A stretch of DNA of 64,000 nt, from assembly GCA_963768055.1 (NCBI GenBank), contig CAVYGN010000001.1:768001-832000 (forward strand), written 5' to 3'. The notes beneath the pieces were generated by a model. The model saw only the letters and a program-made list of their open reading frames with translations. It searched no databases and was not told the DNA's origin. This DNA is from an uncultured Spirochaetota bacterium (GTDB lineage: Bacteria > Spirochaetota > Brevinematia > Brevinematales > JAOACQ01). Below, one piece after another: positions 27,360 through 37,037 of this stretch (positions within the stretch are counted from its first letter, which is position 1; every line of letters starts with the position of its first letter). A program made the translations under genes and the position numbers.

Positions 27360-29516
27360 ATGGCTGAATTAAGATGGAACCCCCTTCTCAAAACATGGAC
27401 CATGGTCGCGGTAGACCGGCAGACAAGGCCGCTTATGCCGAAGGATTGGTGTCCGTTCTGCCCCGGTTCAGGCAGGGTGCCTGACGACTATGAGGTTTTA
27501 AAATACGATAACGATTTCCCTGTACTTTCCCCTAATCCCTCGAAAGTCGAAGCCCTCGATTCTTACGTTTACCAGAGGGAGGAGGCGCAGGGGAAATGCG
27601 AGGTGATTTTATATTCCCCTGACCACCGCAGGCACCTGTACCAACTGCCCATTGAGCATATAAGAAAGCTTGTAGATCTTTGGGTTGAAAGGATCGATGA
27701 AATTTCGAAAGATAGAAAAGTGCAGTATGTTTTTCCTTTTGAAAACAGGGGCGAGGAAGTGGGGGTGACAATGCCGCACCCGCATGGCCAGATATACGGA
27801 TATCCCTTTATTCCCCTCAAAATAAAAACCGAACTCGACAGTGCCAAAGAATATTATGAGAAACGGAACAAGTGTCTCATCTGCGAAATGAACGAGGAGG
27901 AATCCGAGGAAAAAAACAGAGTGGTGTTCGAAAACAGCGATTTTATTGCATATATACCGTATTTTACTGATTATCCCTACGGGGTTTTCATCGTCAGCAA
28001 GCTCCACAAGGGATCTTTATCCAATCTCGACGATAAGGAGAAGACCTCCCTGGCGCAGGCTTTGAAGGTTGTTACAGGAAGCTTCGACATGATCTTCAAC
28101 AGGCCCTTCCCGTATATGATGGCATTGCATCAGACCCCGGTAAATTCAAAGGAATATAAGGACTGTGAAAATTACTACCATTTCCATATTGAATTTTATC
28201 CTCCCCTTTACGCTAAAGACAGGCTCAAGTACAACGCCTCTTCGGAAACCGGGGCATGGGCTGCGGCAAACGTTGTCAGCGTGGCCGACACCGCCAGGCA
28301 GATGAGGACCGCCAAATTGAAATATCTTTCTAAGGGATATAACACGCTCCTGCGCAAAGAACTTATAAGAGAGTTTATAGCTCTTTACGGGGGCAGGGAG
28401 GGCGATGTTTTTGTTTTCACGGCTCCTGCCAGGGTCAATCTTATCGGGGAGCATATAGATTATAACGGAGGATTTGTGCTTCCGGTAGACCTCGATATGT
28501 ATATTAGTATGGCAATAAGAAAAAGAAAAGACGGCAGGGTAATATTCCGGGATTTGAACTACCCTGAAGCCGCGGAGGCCAGTATTTTCGAAGCGGTAAT
28601 AAAAAACAAGGAAGTCGGCTGGGCCAATTATCCTCTTGGAGTTCTTAAAGTTATGACGGAAAAGGGATACAGGATCGATACCGGTTTTGAAGTCCTTTTT
28701 TTCAGCGAAATACCCGTCGGGGCCGGGATGTCCTCTTCTGCCGCTTTCGAGCTTGTTTTTGCGTACGGGCTTTCCGAGATCTACACTCTGGGAATAAGCA
28801 AGAAAAACCTGGCTATTCTATGCCAGAAGGTTGAAAACGAATTTGTCGGAGTGGAATGCGGGATCATGGATCAATTCAGCATAGCCCTCGGCGAAAAAGG
28901 TTTTGCGATGTTCCTTAACTGCTCGACCCTGGATTACAAATATATTCCTCTTACCCTCGGTGATTACAGGATGATAATTACAAACACCAACAAACCCCAT
29001 AAACTTTTAACTTCAAAATACAACGAAAGGCTGGCTGAGTGCAAAGATGGTTTAGCCGATATCAGGAAAGTGATGAATATAGAAAATCTCTGCAGCCTGG
29101 ATTCGGAACAGTATAAAAAGGTCAGGGACTCGATTACAAGCCAGACGGTAAAAAAAAGAGTGCGTCATGTCGTCACGGAGAACGAGAGGGTAAAGCAAGC
29201 CGCCGAGGCCCTCGAAAAAAGCGACCTTAAAACATTCGGCAAGCTTATGGAAAAATCGCACTCATCCCTGAGGGACGATTACGAAGTCACGGGTATAGAG
29301 CTTGACACACTCTTTGAAAAAGCCCGAAAATTTAACGGATGTATCGGGACAAGGATGACCGGCGGAGGTTTCGGCGGGTGTACGATTAGCCTTGTACACA
29401 AGCATAAAATCGATGAATTCATGGATACTGTCGGCAAGGGTTATAAGGATGAGACGGGTATAGCCCCTTCATTTTATATCTGCGATTCGGGGGATGGCGT
29501 AAAAAGGATAGATTAA
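27360..29516 (+). CDS. galT-galK: fused galactose-1-phosphate uridylyltransferase / galactokinase
   Basis: N-half: ELRWNPL, CPFCPG, FENRG, HPHGQ. C-half: RVNLIGEHIDY, GAGMSSSA, CGIMDQF, RMTGGGFGGC. One uninterrupted 718-aa frame. Confidence 0.93.
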   Translation: MAELRWNPLLKTWTMVAVDRQTRPLMPKDWCPFCPGSGRVPDDYEVLKYDNDFPVLSPNPSKVEALDSYVYQREEAQGKCEVILYSPDHRRHLYQLPIEHIRKLVDLWVERIDEISKDRKVQYVFPFENRGEEVGVTMPHPHGQIYGYPFIPLKIKTELDSAKEYYEKRNKCLICEMNEEESEEKNRVVFENSDFIAYIPYFTDYPYGVFIVSKLHKGSLSNLDDKEKTSLAQALKVVTGSFDMIFNRPFPYMMALHQTPVNSKEYKDCENYYHFHIEFYPPLYAKDRLKYNASSETGAWAAANVVSVADTARQMRTAKLKYLSKGYNTLLRKELIREFIALYGGREGDVFVFTAPARVNLIGEHIDYNGGFVLPVDLDMYISMAIRKRKDGRVIFRDLNYPEAAEASIFEAVIKNKEVGWANYPLGVLKVMTEKGYRIDTGFEVLFFSEIPVGAGMSSSAAFELVFAYGLSEIYTLGISKKNLAILCQKVENEFVGVECGIMDQFSIALGEKGFAMFLNCSTLDYKYIPLTLGDYRMIITNTNKPHKLLTSKYNERLAECKDGLADIRKVMNIENLCSLDSEQYKKVRDSITSQTVKKRVRHVVTENERVKQAAEALEKSDLKTFGKLMEKSHSSLRDDYEVTGIELDTLFEKARKFNGCIGTRMTGGGFGGCTISLVHKHKIDEFMDTVGKGYKDETGIAPSFYICDSGDGVKRID

Positions 29517-29545
29517 GTTTCCGGCTGATGAGGAGGAGGTACCGT

Positions 29546-30004
29546 ATGGATCTTATAGTGAAAAGCGAGGCCTTCGGAGAAGGCCAGATGATCCCGGCCA
29601 GGTATTCATGCGATAGTGAAAATATTTCTCCGCCGATTGAATGGGAGAACGTCCCTGCCGGAACGGCGAGCTTTGCCTTGATCTGCGACGATCCGGACGC
29701 TCCGATGGGCACTTTTGTACACTGGGTTATTTATAACATACCGCCTGAAGCCAGAAAACTCAATGCCGGGATCCCGCGTAAAAAGGAACTTCCGGACGGC
29801 TCGAATCAAGGTTATAACAGCTTCGGCCAGACCGGCTACGGCGGGCCCTGCCCTTCGGGAGGAACTCACAGGTATTATTTCAATGTTTACGCTCTTAACT
29901 CAATGTTCAAAGCCCAACCGGATATGACAAAGGAAACACTGGTTCAGGAAATGGGACGGCATATCATTTCAAAGGGCCAGCTTATGGGCAGGTACTCAAG
30001 ATAA
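29546..30004 (+). CDS. YbhB/YbcL (PEBP/RKIP-like) protein
   Basis: SPP..W, DDPDAP.G.FVHW, GYGGPCP, HRY.F. Confidence 0.93.
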   Translation: MDLIVKSEAFGEGQMIPARYSCDSENISPPIEWENVPAGTASFALICDDPDAPMGTFVHWVIYNIPPEARKLNAGIPRKKELPDGSNQGYNSFGQTGYGGPCPSGGTHRYYFNVYALNSMFKAQPDMTKETLVQEMGRHIISKGQLMGRYSR

Positions 30005-31759
30005 TTTTGTGTCTTCGCCAAGGTCGAACCGGATTGAGGAACAGCCCCTGTTCAGGGCGACTGTCATCGGCAATTGTTTTGAAACAGGGCCCCAGAGCTG
30101 CCTGGGGCCAGGGCTTGAAAAATGGTCCCTTTCCGCCCAAACCCGCCTTCTGGACTCGAAAAAGCGGAACGCGGGCGACTCCACTTCGACAAGGCCCTTT
30201 CTGATGACGAATTCGCTCCTGCCATGCCTTCTTTCAATGGCCAGAAGGCCGGTAAGGGGAAGAGCGATCACCCTGCCGCCTCTGTCCAGGTTGGTAACAG
30301 AAGCTATATAACCCGTCTTACCGTCAAGTATAAGGGAACCCGCCGCAAGGCCCAGATTGAAAGTATAAGCGGCGTCAAAAAGGGTAGGCGCTCCGCAGCG
30401 GCCCTCGTATCCGAAGAAATGGCTGTTTGTCGAGAATTTGGAATCGGAGAATTTTTTATATTCGGCCTCGGTCATTTTAAGGTGCTTAACCTCGTCGGAA
30501 TGCCTTTTCATTTCTTTTAGCTTTTCTTCGACCATCTGTATCAAAAGCCTTTCTGTGGGTATTTGGGAGACCTGGAGGTTTCCATGAGAATCCCTTTCAA
30601 GAAGAAGCATCCTTTCTATTTCCTTGGGAAGAGAGGCCAACAGCTTTGCAGAATCCGGGGTCATTTTTTTATCTATAAATTCGGATTTTTCATTGAAATC
30701 GACGATTTTTTCCATATCTATGCTGAATTTTCCCATGATTTCGTTCAATTCCGATATAAGCACCTTCATCTCGGGTATGAACTCGATCAATCCTTCGGGA
30801 ATGATTACAACGCCGTGGTTTATTCCGATAGACGCCCTTTTTGCTATGATATCGCAGATCTGGTTTACTATATCCGACAAAAACATTTTTTTGGCCTCGA
30901 CCTCTTCCGAAATAAGGGTTACTGCGGGCTTGGTCTGGAGCGCTACCTCAAGGGCGACATGACTTGCTGAACGGCCCATCAGCTTTATAAAATGCCAGTA
31001 TTTATGGGAAGAGGGCGTATCCTGCAGGATATTGCCCACCATTTCCGAGTAGATCTTGGTTGCGGTGTCAAAACCGAAGGATATAGGGATGATTTCACCG
31101 ACCTGAAGGTCTCCGTCGATCGTCTTGGGAACGCCGATAACCTGGACCCCATCGTCATAAAGGATTTCGGCGAGCATGGCAGCGTTTGTGTTGGAATCGT
31201 CGCCGCCTATGACCACAATGCCTGTGAGCCTGTTGTCAAGAGCGGTTTTTTTTACCCCTGAAATTTGTTCGGGAGTTTTTATCTTTGTCCTGTCGGTACC
31301 CAGGAAATCGAATCCCCCGGTGTTAAAGATTTTGGGGATGTCTTCCTCCTTTATTTCGAAAACCGTTCCCTCGATGAGGCCCTTCGGGCCGTTTTTTATG
31401 CCGATCAGGGTATTGTTCTTTCCGATGACCTTCTTGAGGCCCGCGATTACATTATGGCCGCCCGCAGCCGGGCCGCCGGAAAAAAGAACGGCAATCCTCT
31501 TCCCCGCGGCGCAGATATTGGATTTTTCACCTTCCAGTACTTTATTTTCAGTTTGTTTTACTGTTTTTGGAAATTCCTTATTAACGTTCATCGTATCGCT
31601 TGTTCCTATAACATGTTCTGTTTTTTTAAATACCGCAGGCATAATATGCCCGTTATTTAAGAAAATTGAAGAGACCGGGACCTGGATTTTTCTTATCTCA
31701 TTTTCGAAGATTGAGCAATTGTCTTCCATTTTGATTAAATTTTGAGACAGATCGGGCAT
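29996..31759 (-). CDS. pfp: pyrophosphate-dependent phosphofructokinase (long clade)
   Basis: SGGPAAGG.N, GGDDSN (Asp marks PPi specificity), PKTIDGD, MGRSASH, GYEGR; RBS before the ATG at 31759. Confidence 0.95.
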   Translation of the reverse strand: MPDLSQNLIKMEDNCSIFENEIRKIQVPVSSIFLNNGHIMPAVFKKTEHVIGTSDTMNVNKEFPKTVKQTENKVLEGEKSNICAAGKRIAVLFSGGPAAGGHNVIAGLKKVIGKNNTLIGIKNGPKGLIEGTVFEIKEEDIPKIFNTGGFDFLGTDRTKIKTPEQISGVKKTALDNRLTGIVVIGGDDSNTNAAMLAEILYDDGVQVIGVPKTIDGDLQVGEIIPISFGFDTATKIYSEMVGNILQDTPSSHKYWHFIKLMGRSASHVALEVALQTKPAVTLISEEVEAKKMFLSDIVNQICDIIAKRASIGINHGVVIIPEGLIEFIPEMKVLISELNEIMGKFSIDMEKIVDFNEKSEFIDKKMTPDSAKLLASLPKEIERMLLLERDSHGNLQVSQIPTERLLIQMVEEKLKEMKRHSDEVKHLKMTEAEYKKFSDSKFSTNSHFFGYEGRCGAPTLFDAAYTFNLGLAAGSLILDGKTGYIASVTNLDRGGRVIALPLTGLLAIERRHGRSEFVIRKGLVEVESPAFRFFESRRRVWAERDHFSSPGPRQLWGPVSKQLPMTVALNRGCSSIRFDLGEDTKLS

Positions 31760-31876
31760 ATGATAACCTCCAAGGCATTGTAAGCTAATTATTTTAAAGG
31801 AAAATGCATGAATTTTCAAATAAACGGGCTTTATATGGGAAAATACGGGGCAATTGAAGCATTGGAGTCATTACTT

Positions 31877-32983
31877 TCAACCACGATAAGTGATCCTGTA
31901 GATCAGCCCGGCATAGTCGTCCGAAACCAGAAGGGCCCCGTCGGGCATTACGAGAACGTCCACCGGCCTGCCGAGCTTGGCGTCGCCGGCCGTAAGCCAG
32001 CCGTCCGCGAATATTCTTTCCGTCGGATTACCATTTATAAAACTTACATTAACTATCCGGTACCCGATAGGGACGCTCCTGTTCCATTAGCCATGTTCCG
32101 CTATGAAAATAGTATTTTTATATCCCGCAGGGAACATGCTCCCCGTATAAAACCTCATTCCAAGCGGCGCAACATGGGCCTGCATTTCAAGCACTGACGG
32201 CGTATAATTGGAAAGTTCGGATACGCGGCTGCCGAATACCGGGTCCGGTAAATTCCTGCCGAGAATATAGGGAAAGCCGAAATTTATTCCGGGTTTATCG
32301 GTCCTGTCCAGCCTGTCGGGCGGGAGGTTGTCGCCCATATAATCCCTGCCGTTTTCGGTAAAATAAAGGGCCTTTGTTTCCGGGTCCCAGTCGAAACCGA
32401 CTGAATTCCTGATCCCTTTTGCGAAAATCTCGAAGTTTTTACCGTCTCTCTGAAGACGGCAGATAGTCCCGAAAACGGGGTTATCAGGCTTACAGACGTT
32501 GCAGGGAACACCGACGGAAACATAGAGAAGCCCGTCAGGCCCGATCCCCAGGTATCTCCATCCATGCCAGGACTCTGAGGGGAGCTTATCATAAATAATA
32601 TCAGGCTTGGCAGGTTTAAAAGGAATTCTATCCATGCCGCGAAAACGCAGTATCCTGGAATTGGCGGCGACGAAAAGCTCGCCGTCCTTATATGCGATCC
32701 CGTTAGGCATCGTCAGGTTTTCTGCGATCCTGATCACTTTTTTCTTTTCACCGTCTCCTGATCCGATAACGGCGTAAACGTTACCCCCGTTCCTGTTTCC
32801 CACGAACACGGTTCCTTCGGGGCCGAGGGCGAGCGACCTTGCGTCGGGGACTTCGGCGTATATTTCTATCCTGAAGCCGGGCGGGAGTTTTATTTTATCT
32901 ATAACGGACGATCCTTCAGCGGGGAAAACAGGGTAACTTGCGACGAAGCAGGAAATTGCCATTAATAAAAAAGACTTTTTCAT
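31877..32983 (-). pseudogene. glucose/sorbosone dehydrogenase-family beta-propeller with an in-frame premature stop
   Basis: The frame continues past TAA (32087-32089) as AEHG*WNRSVPIGYR...GRPVDVLVMPDGALLVSDDYAGLIYRITYRG to TGA at 31877. Confidence 0.85.
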
Positions 32984-33259
32984 TCAGGCCCCCTTTTTTT
33001 AAATATAATGACGCTTTAACAGGGGGGTCAAGCATATTTTTTATTGTTAACACCCAAAAAAAAGATGTTGGGTATAATATGGGTATAATATAGGTAGCGT
33101 TTATTTAACTGTCAGCAAGGAAAAATAATTTTAAAAGATATGATAGATACATGCGCTAATCTGGAAAGTTCCGTTAATTATTCAATTCGATTTTTCCGGT
33201 ATAACTTTTATTTTTCAAATACAGGTATCATGATATTTTGAACCTTTATATATATTCGT

Positions 33260-34246
33260 TTAAATTTTAACCCAGCCGCCATTTCTTCCGGATTCGAAAA
33301 GTGCGTCGATGACTTTCATGTTCCCTATAGCGTCGGAAATGGGGATAGGGACTTCCGAGTCTTCGATGACCGCCCTGGCGAAAGCCTCGAACTGAAGCTT
33401 GTAATGATCGATCGGCTTCGTTTCCATTATTCTGGTGACGGTCTTTTTAATGAGCGTCAGCTTCATAGGCAAATCGGGAATAGGATTGAAAGGAATATCA
33501 ATAACAAGGACCCCGGCGCTTCCATGGATTTCAACCTTTTGCCAGGGATATGTCTGGGTCGATACGGTAAAAACCGTCCTTGTTCCGCCGAAATCGAGTA
33601 TCCCGGAAGAAATATAATCCGTTTTGAATTCGCTGTCGAAGGAATTCAGGGCAAGAACCCGCAAAGGTTCGGCATTGAAAAGAAAGCGGGAGGAAGACGC
33701 GGCGTAACAGCCGATATCGAGGATGGCGCCGCCCCCGAATTCCTTGATGTTCCTTATATTCGAAGCTTCTTTGTTATAATATCCGAAAAATGTATGGACG
33801 GTTTGTATTTTTCCGATGCTGCCGTCGAAGGCCATGGCCTTTGCTCTGATCCATTGGGGATGGAACCTGTACATGAAAGCTTCCATGAGTTTAACCTTTT
33901 TGCTGAGTGCGTATTCGGCAGCGCTTTTTGCTTCTTTTGCATCCATGGCTATAGGTTTTTCACAGACAATATGCTTCCCCGCGTCGGCGGCCTTTTTGAT
34001 CCATTCGGCATGCAGATGGTTGGGCAGGGGTATAAATACCATATCTATCGAATCGTCCCCGAGCAATTCTTCATAGGATGCGTAGTAAACAGGTATACCG
34101 TATTTTGCGGAAGCCCTCCTCGCTTTTTCCGGCGAACGTGAAGCTATCGCGTAAATTTCTACCAGGCTGGATTTTTTAACCGGAGGAAGGACCCTTGAGA
34201 TAAAATGGGCCGATACTCCGAGGACCCCCATTTTAAGCTTTTTCAT
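33260..34246 (-). CDS. Gfo/Idh/MocA family oxidoreductase
   Basis: AIASRS, PLPNHLH.EW, CEKP, EAFMYRFHPQ, GGGA.LDIGCY. Confidence 0.93.
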   Translation of the reverse strand: MKKLKMGVLGVSAHFISRVLPPVKKSSLVEIYAIASRSPEKARRASAKYGIPVYYASYEELLGDDSIDMVFIPLPNHLHAEWIKKAADAGKHIVCEKPIAMDAKEAKSAAEYALSKKVKLMEAFMYRFHPQWIRAKAMAFDGSIGKIQTVHTFFGYYNKEASNIRNIKEFGGGAILDIGCYAASSSRFLFNAEPLRVLALNSFDSEFKTDYISSGILDFGGTRTVFTVSTQTYPWQKVEIHGSAGVLVIDIPFNPIPDLPMKLTLIKKTVTRIMETKPIDHYKLQFEAFARAVIEDSEVPIPISDAIGNMKVIDALFESGRNGGWVKI

Positions 34247-34295
34247 AGCCCCCTCCTTATTTGCATTATTATAATTAGAATTATAAAAAATTTAA

Positions 34296-34330
34296 AATAA
34301 AAAACCCCGTCATTTATATGGACGGGGTTT
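34296..34330 (-). terminator. intrinsic terminator after hppA
   Basis: 10-bp stem AAACCCCGTC/GACGGGGTTT followed by a U-rich tract on the minus strand. Confidence 0.85.
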
Positions 34331-34351
34331 AATGTTTATTTTGTTAGATTT

Positions 34352-36769
34352 TTATGTTCTCTTTGGGATCCTCATCGCATAGAAAGATCTCCAGACAAAG
34401 AACAGGGCGGTTGCCAGGAAAACTATTCCGACAATCGGGGCTGTCTTTACGAACGAGGGTGAAATGGCGATCTGCATCGCAAGGAGTCCGAAGAGTGTAG
34501 TGAATTTAATAATCGGGTTCAGGGATACCGACGAAGTGTCCTTGAAGGGATCGCCTACCGTATCTCCGATAACCGTGGCTGCATGGAGGGGCGTTCCCTT
34601 TTCGTTAAGATCCACCTCGACGACTTTCTTGGCGTTATCCCAGCATCCGCCGGCGTTTGCCATAAAGATGGCCTGGAAAAGCCCGAACACTGCAATTGAA
34701 ATCAGATAGCTTATAAAGAAGGAAGCGGCATTGGGGTTCGATTTGTCGGCCGCAGAGAAGAACGCGAAAGCAAGGGCGAATGAAAAAACAGCCAGGAAAA
34801 TGTTGTACATACCCTGCTGGGCGTATTGCGTGCATATCTTGACGACTTCCTTCGAATTGGAAATAGCGGCGCTCTTAACCCCGCTGTCGAGATTGATGTT
34901 TTTCTTGATATATTCCACAGCCCGGTATGAGCCGGTAGTAACGGCCTGCATCGAAGCTCCCGAGAACCAGAATATTACCATGCCTCCGCAGATAAACCCG
35001 ATGAGGGTGAAAGGATTGAGCAGGTTCAGTACAAGCGCGGGGTCGATCCCGAGGACGTTCCTCAAAACAAGGATTATCGAGAATATCATCGTAGTAGCAC
35101 CGATCACGGCTGTACCGATCAGAACGGGTTTAGCAGTAGCCTTGAAGGTGTTTCCCGCCCCGTCGTTGGCTTCGAGATAGTGTTTTGCCTTTTCGAAATC
35201 AGGCTTGAAATGGAAATCCCTTTCTATTTCACTTTTTATATCCGGCGTAGATTCGATCAGGGATAATTCGTAAATCGACTGGGCGTTATCGGTAACAGGG
35301 CCGTAACTGTCGACGGCGATCGTAACGGGCCCCATGCCCAGGAGTCCGAAAGCCACGAGGCCGAAGGCGAATACCGATGAATATTCCATTACTTCTTTGG
35401 GTATATTTATACTTGTTATATAAGCGATTACCATCAAGAGCGCCATTATCGAACCGATCCAGAATGCGCTGAAGTTGCCCGATACCAGGCCCGAAAGAAT
35501 GGTCAGGGAGGCTCCGCCTTCCCTTGAAGCTGTTACGACTTCTTTTACATGCTTCGATTTAGGGCTCGTGAAGATCTTGGTGAATTCGGGAATAAGGGCG
35601 GCCCCAAGAGTTCCGCAGCTTATGATTATCGAAAGGATCAGCCAGAGATTTCCGGGCAATGACGACAACTGCCAGTAGCTGACTGAAAAGGTCACCGCCA
35701 TGGACAGGATCGATGTTATCCAGACCAGCGAAGTCAGGGGATGCTCGAAATCTATCTCATCCTTTTTCTTATAAATAATGCTGCTGACAAATTTGTTTAT
35801 CCAGTAAGCTACAACCGAAGTGACGATCATAAGTATGCGCATCATGAAAATCCAGATCAGCAGAGTGACCTGATTATTCGGGGCGACTGCAAGGACGATG
35901 AAAGTGATGAGCGCCACTCCGGTCACGCCGTATGTTTCAAACCCGTCGGCGGTAGGCCCTACGCTGTCGCCGGCATTGTCCCCGGTGCAGTCTGCTATGA
36001 CTCCCGGATTCCGGGGATCGTCCTCTTTTATGTTAAAAACGATTTTCATAAGGTCGGAACCGATATCGGCTATCTTTGTGAAGATGCCTCCGCAGATCCT
36101 GAGAGCGCTGGCGCCGAGAGATTCGCCGATGGCAAATCCGATAAAGCAGGCGCCTGCGTAATCCCTGGGGATGAAAAGCAGGATGATAAGCATCATTATC
36201 AGTTCTACGGAAACAAGGAGTACCCCGATGCTCATTCCCGACTGAAGCGGAATGTTCAGCAGCTTAATAGGTTTTCTCTCGAGCGAGGCGAAAGCCATCC
36301 TGCTGTTGGCAAGGGTGTTTATTCTTATGCCGAACCATGCGACTCCGTAAGAGCCCAGAATGCCTACTACAGACCAGCCGAGAATAAGCAGAACGCCGGA
36401 AAAGGGGTTTTGCTGCAGAAAACCGAAGTAAAACCCGATACATGCGGCGATAAAGATTTCCAGTATTATTAGAAACTTGCCCTGCTGAATAAGGTAGGTT
36501 TTCGCGGTTTCGAAAATCGTGGCGGCTACATCAAGCATGGATTTGTGGGCTTTCAAGGATTTTACACGAAGATACTGGTACAGGCCGAAAACCAGGCCTA
36601 GAAAGCAGATCACGAATCCGCCGATTAATAAATTATACATTGGGTTCGTACCTTTTTCACTAAGGTCGGGGATGATCAGGTTCGCCTCGCTTGCCATGAG
36701 CGGCGAAGCGAAAAACATTATAATCGCAGCGATTGGAAAAATCCCAAACCATTTCTTTGTTTTAGACAT
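34352..36769 (-). CDS. hppA: membrane-bound ion-translocating pyrophosphatase
   Basis: GGIFTK.AD.G.DL, EDDPRNP.VIAD..GDN.GD, DSYGPV.DNA, GNTFKA, GDTVGDPFKDTS; RBS before the ATG at 36769. Confidence 0.96.
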   Translation of the reverse strand: MSKTKKWFGIFPIAAIIMFFASPLMASEANLIIPDLSEKGTNPMYNLLIGGFVICFLGLVFGLYQYLRVKSLKAHKSMLDVAATIFETAKTYLIQQGKFLIILEIFIAACIGFYFGFLQQNPFSGVLLILGWSVVGILGSYGVAWFGIRINTLANSRMAFASLERKPIKLLNIPLQSGMSIGVLLVSVELIMMLIILLFIPRDYAGACFIGFAIGESLGASALRICGGIFTKIADIGSDLMKIVFNIKEDDPRNPGVIADCTGDNAGDSVGPTADGFETYGVTGVALITFIVLAVAPNNQVTLLIWIFMMRILMIVTSVVAYWINKFVSSIIYKKKDEIDFEHPLTSLVWITSILSMAVTFSVSYWQLSSLPGNLWLILSIIISCGTLGAALIPEFTKIFTSPKSKHVKEVVTASREGGASLTILSGLVSGNFSAFWIGSIMALLMVIAYITSINIPKEVMEYSSVFAFGLVAFGLLGMGPVTIAVDSYGPVTDNAQSIYELSLIESTPDIKSEIERDFHFKPDFEKAKHYLEANDGAGNTFKATAKPVLIGTAVIGATTMIFSIILVLRNVLGIDPALVLNLLNPFTLIGFICGGMVIFWFSGASMQAVTTGSYRAVEYIKKNINLDSGVKSAAISNSKEVVKICTQYAQQGMYNIFLAVFSFALAFAFFSAADKSNPNAASFFISYLISIAVFGLFQAIFMANAGGCWDNAKKVVEVDLNEKGTPLHAATVIGDTVGDPFKDTSSVSLNPIIKFTTLFGLLAMQIAISPSFVKTAPIVGIVFLATALFFVWRSFYAMRIPKRT

Positions 36770-36858
36770 TCTATCCTCCAAATTAATATTTAAATTTCTA
36801 TTATAAAACGAAAGAATAGGCATTCTATTACTGATATTAAAAAAAATTTTTACTATTT

Positions 36859-36887
36859 ATTTTATGGAATCCGGCACCATATGTCAA
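36859..36887 (-). promoter_or_regulatory. sigma-70 promoter of hppA
   Basis: Minus strand TTGACA-N17-TAAAAT. Confidence 0.75.
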
Positions 36888-36941
36888 GAAACGAAATGAA
36901 GCCCGGGGAGATCAAAAATAAAACTTCGATTGAATTAGAAA

Positions 36942-36970
36942 TTGACAAAAATAAGGAGTCCCTGTATTCT
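36942..36970 (+). promoter_or_regulatory. sigma-70 promoter of the hydrogenase operon
   Basis: TTGACA-N17-TATTCT. Confidence 0.7.
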
Positions 36971-37037
36971 ATCTGCATTGGTTTTTTTCCGCCGGTTTTT
37001 TAGATAACCGTAATTTTATTAATTAGGAGAGATCAGA

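Noticed and set aside
32087..32089. Stop-codon reassignment or Sec/Pyl read-through
   Set aside because: The codon is TAA, which terminates many other genes in the window; Sec and Pyl use TGA and TAG.
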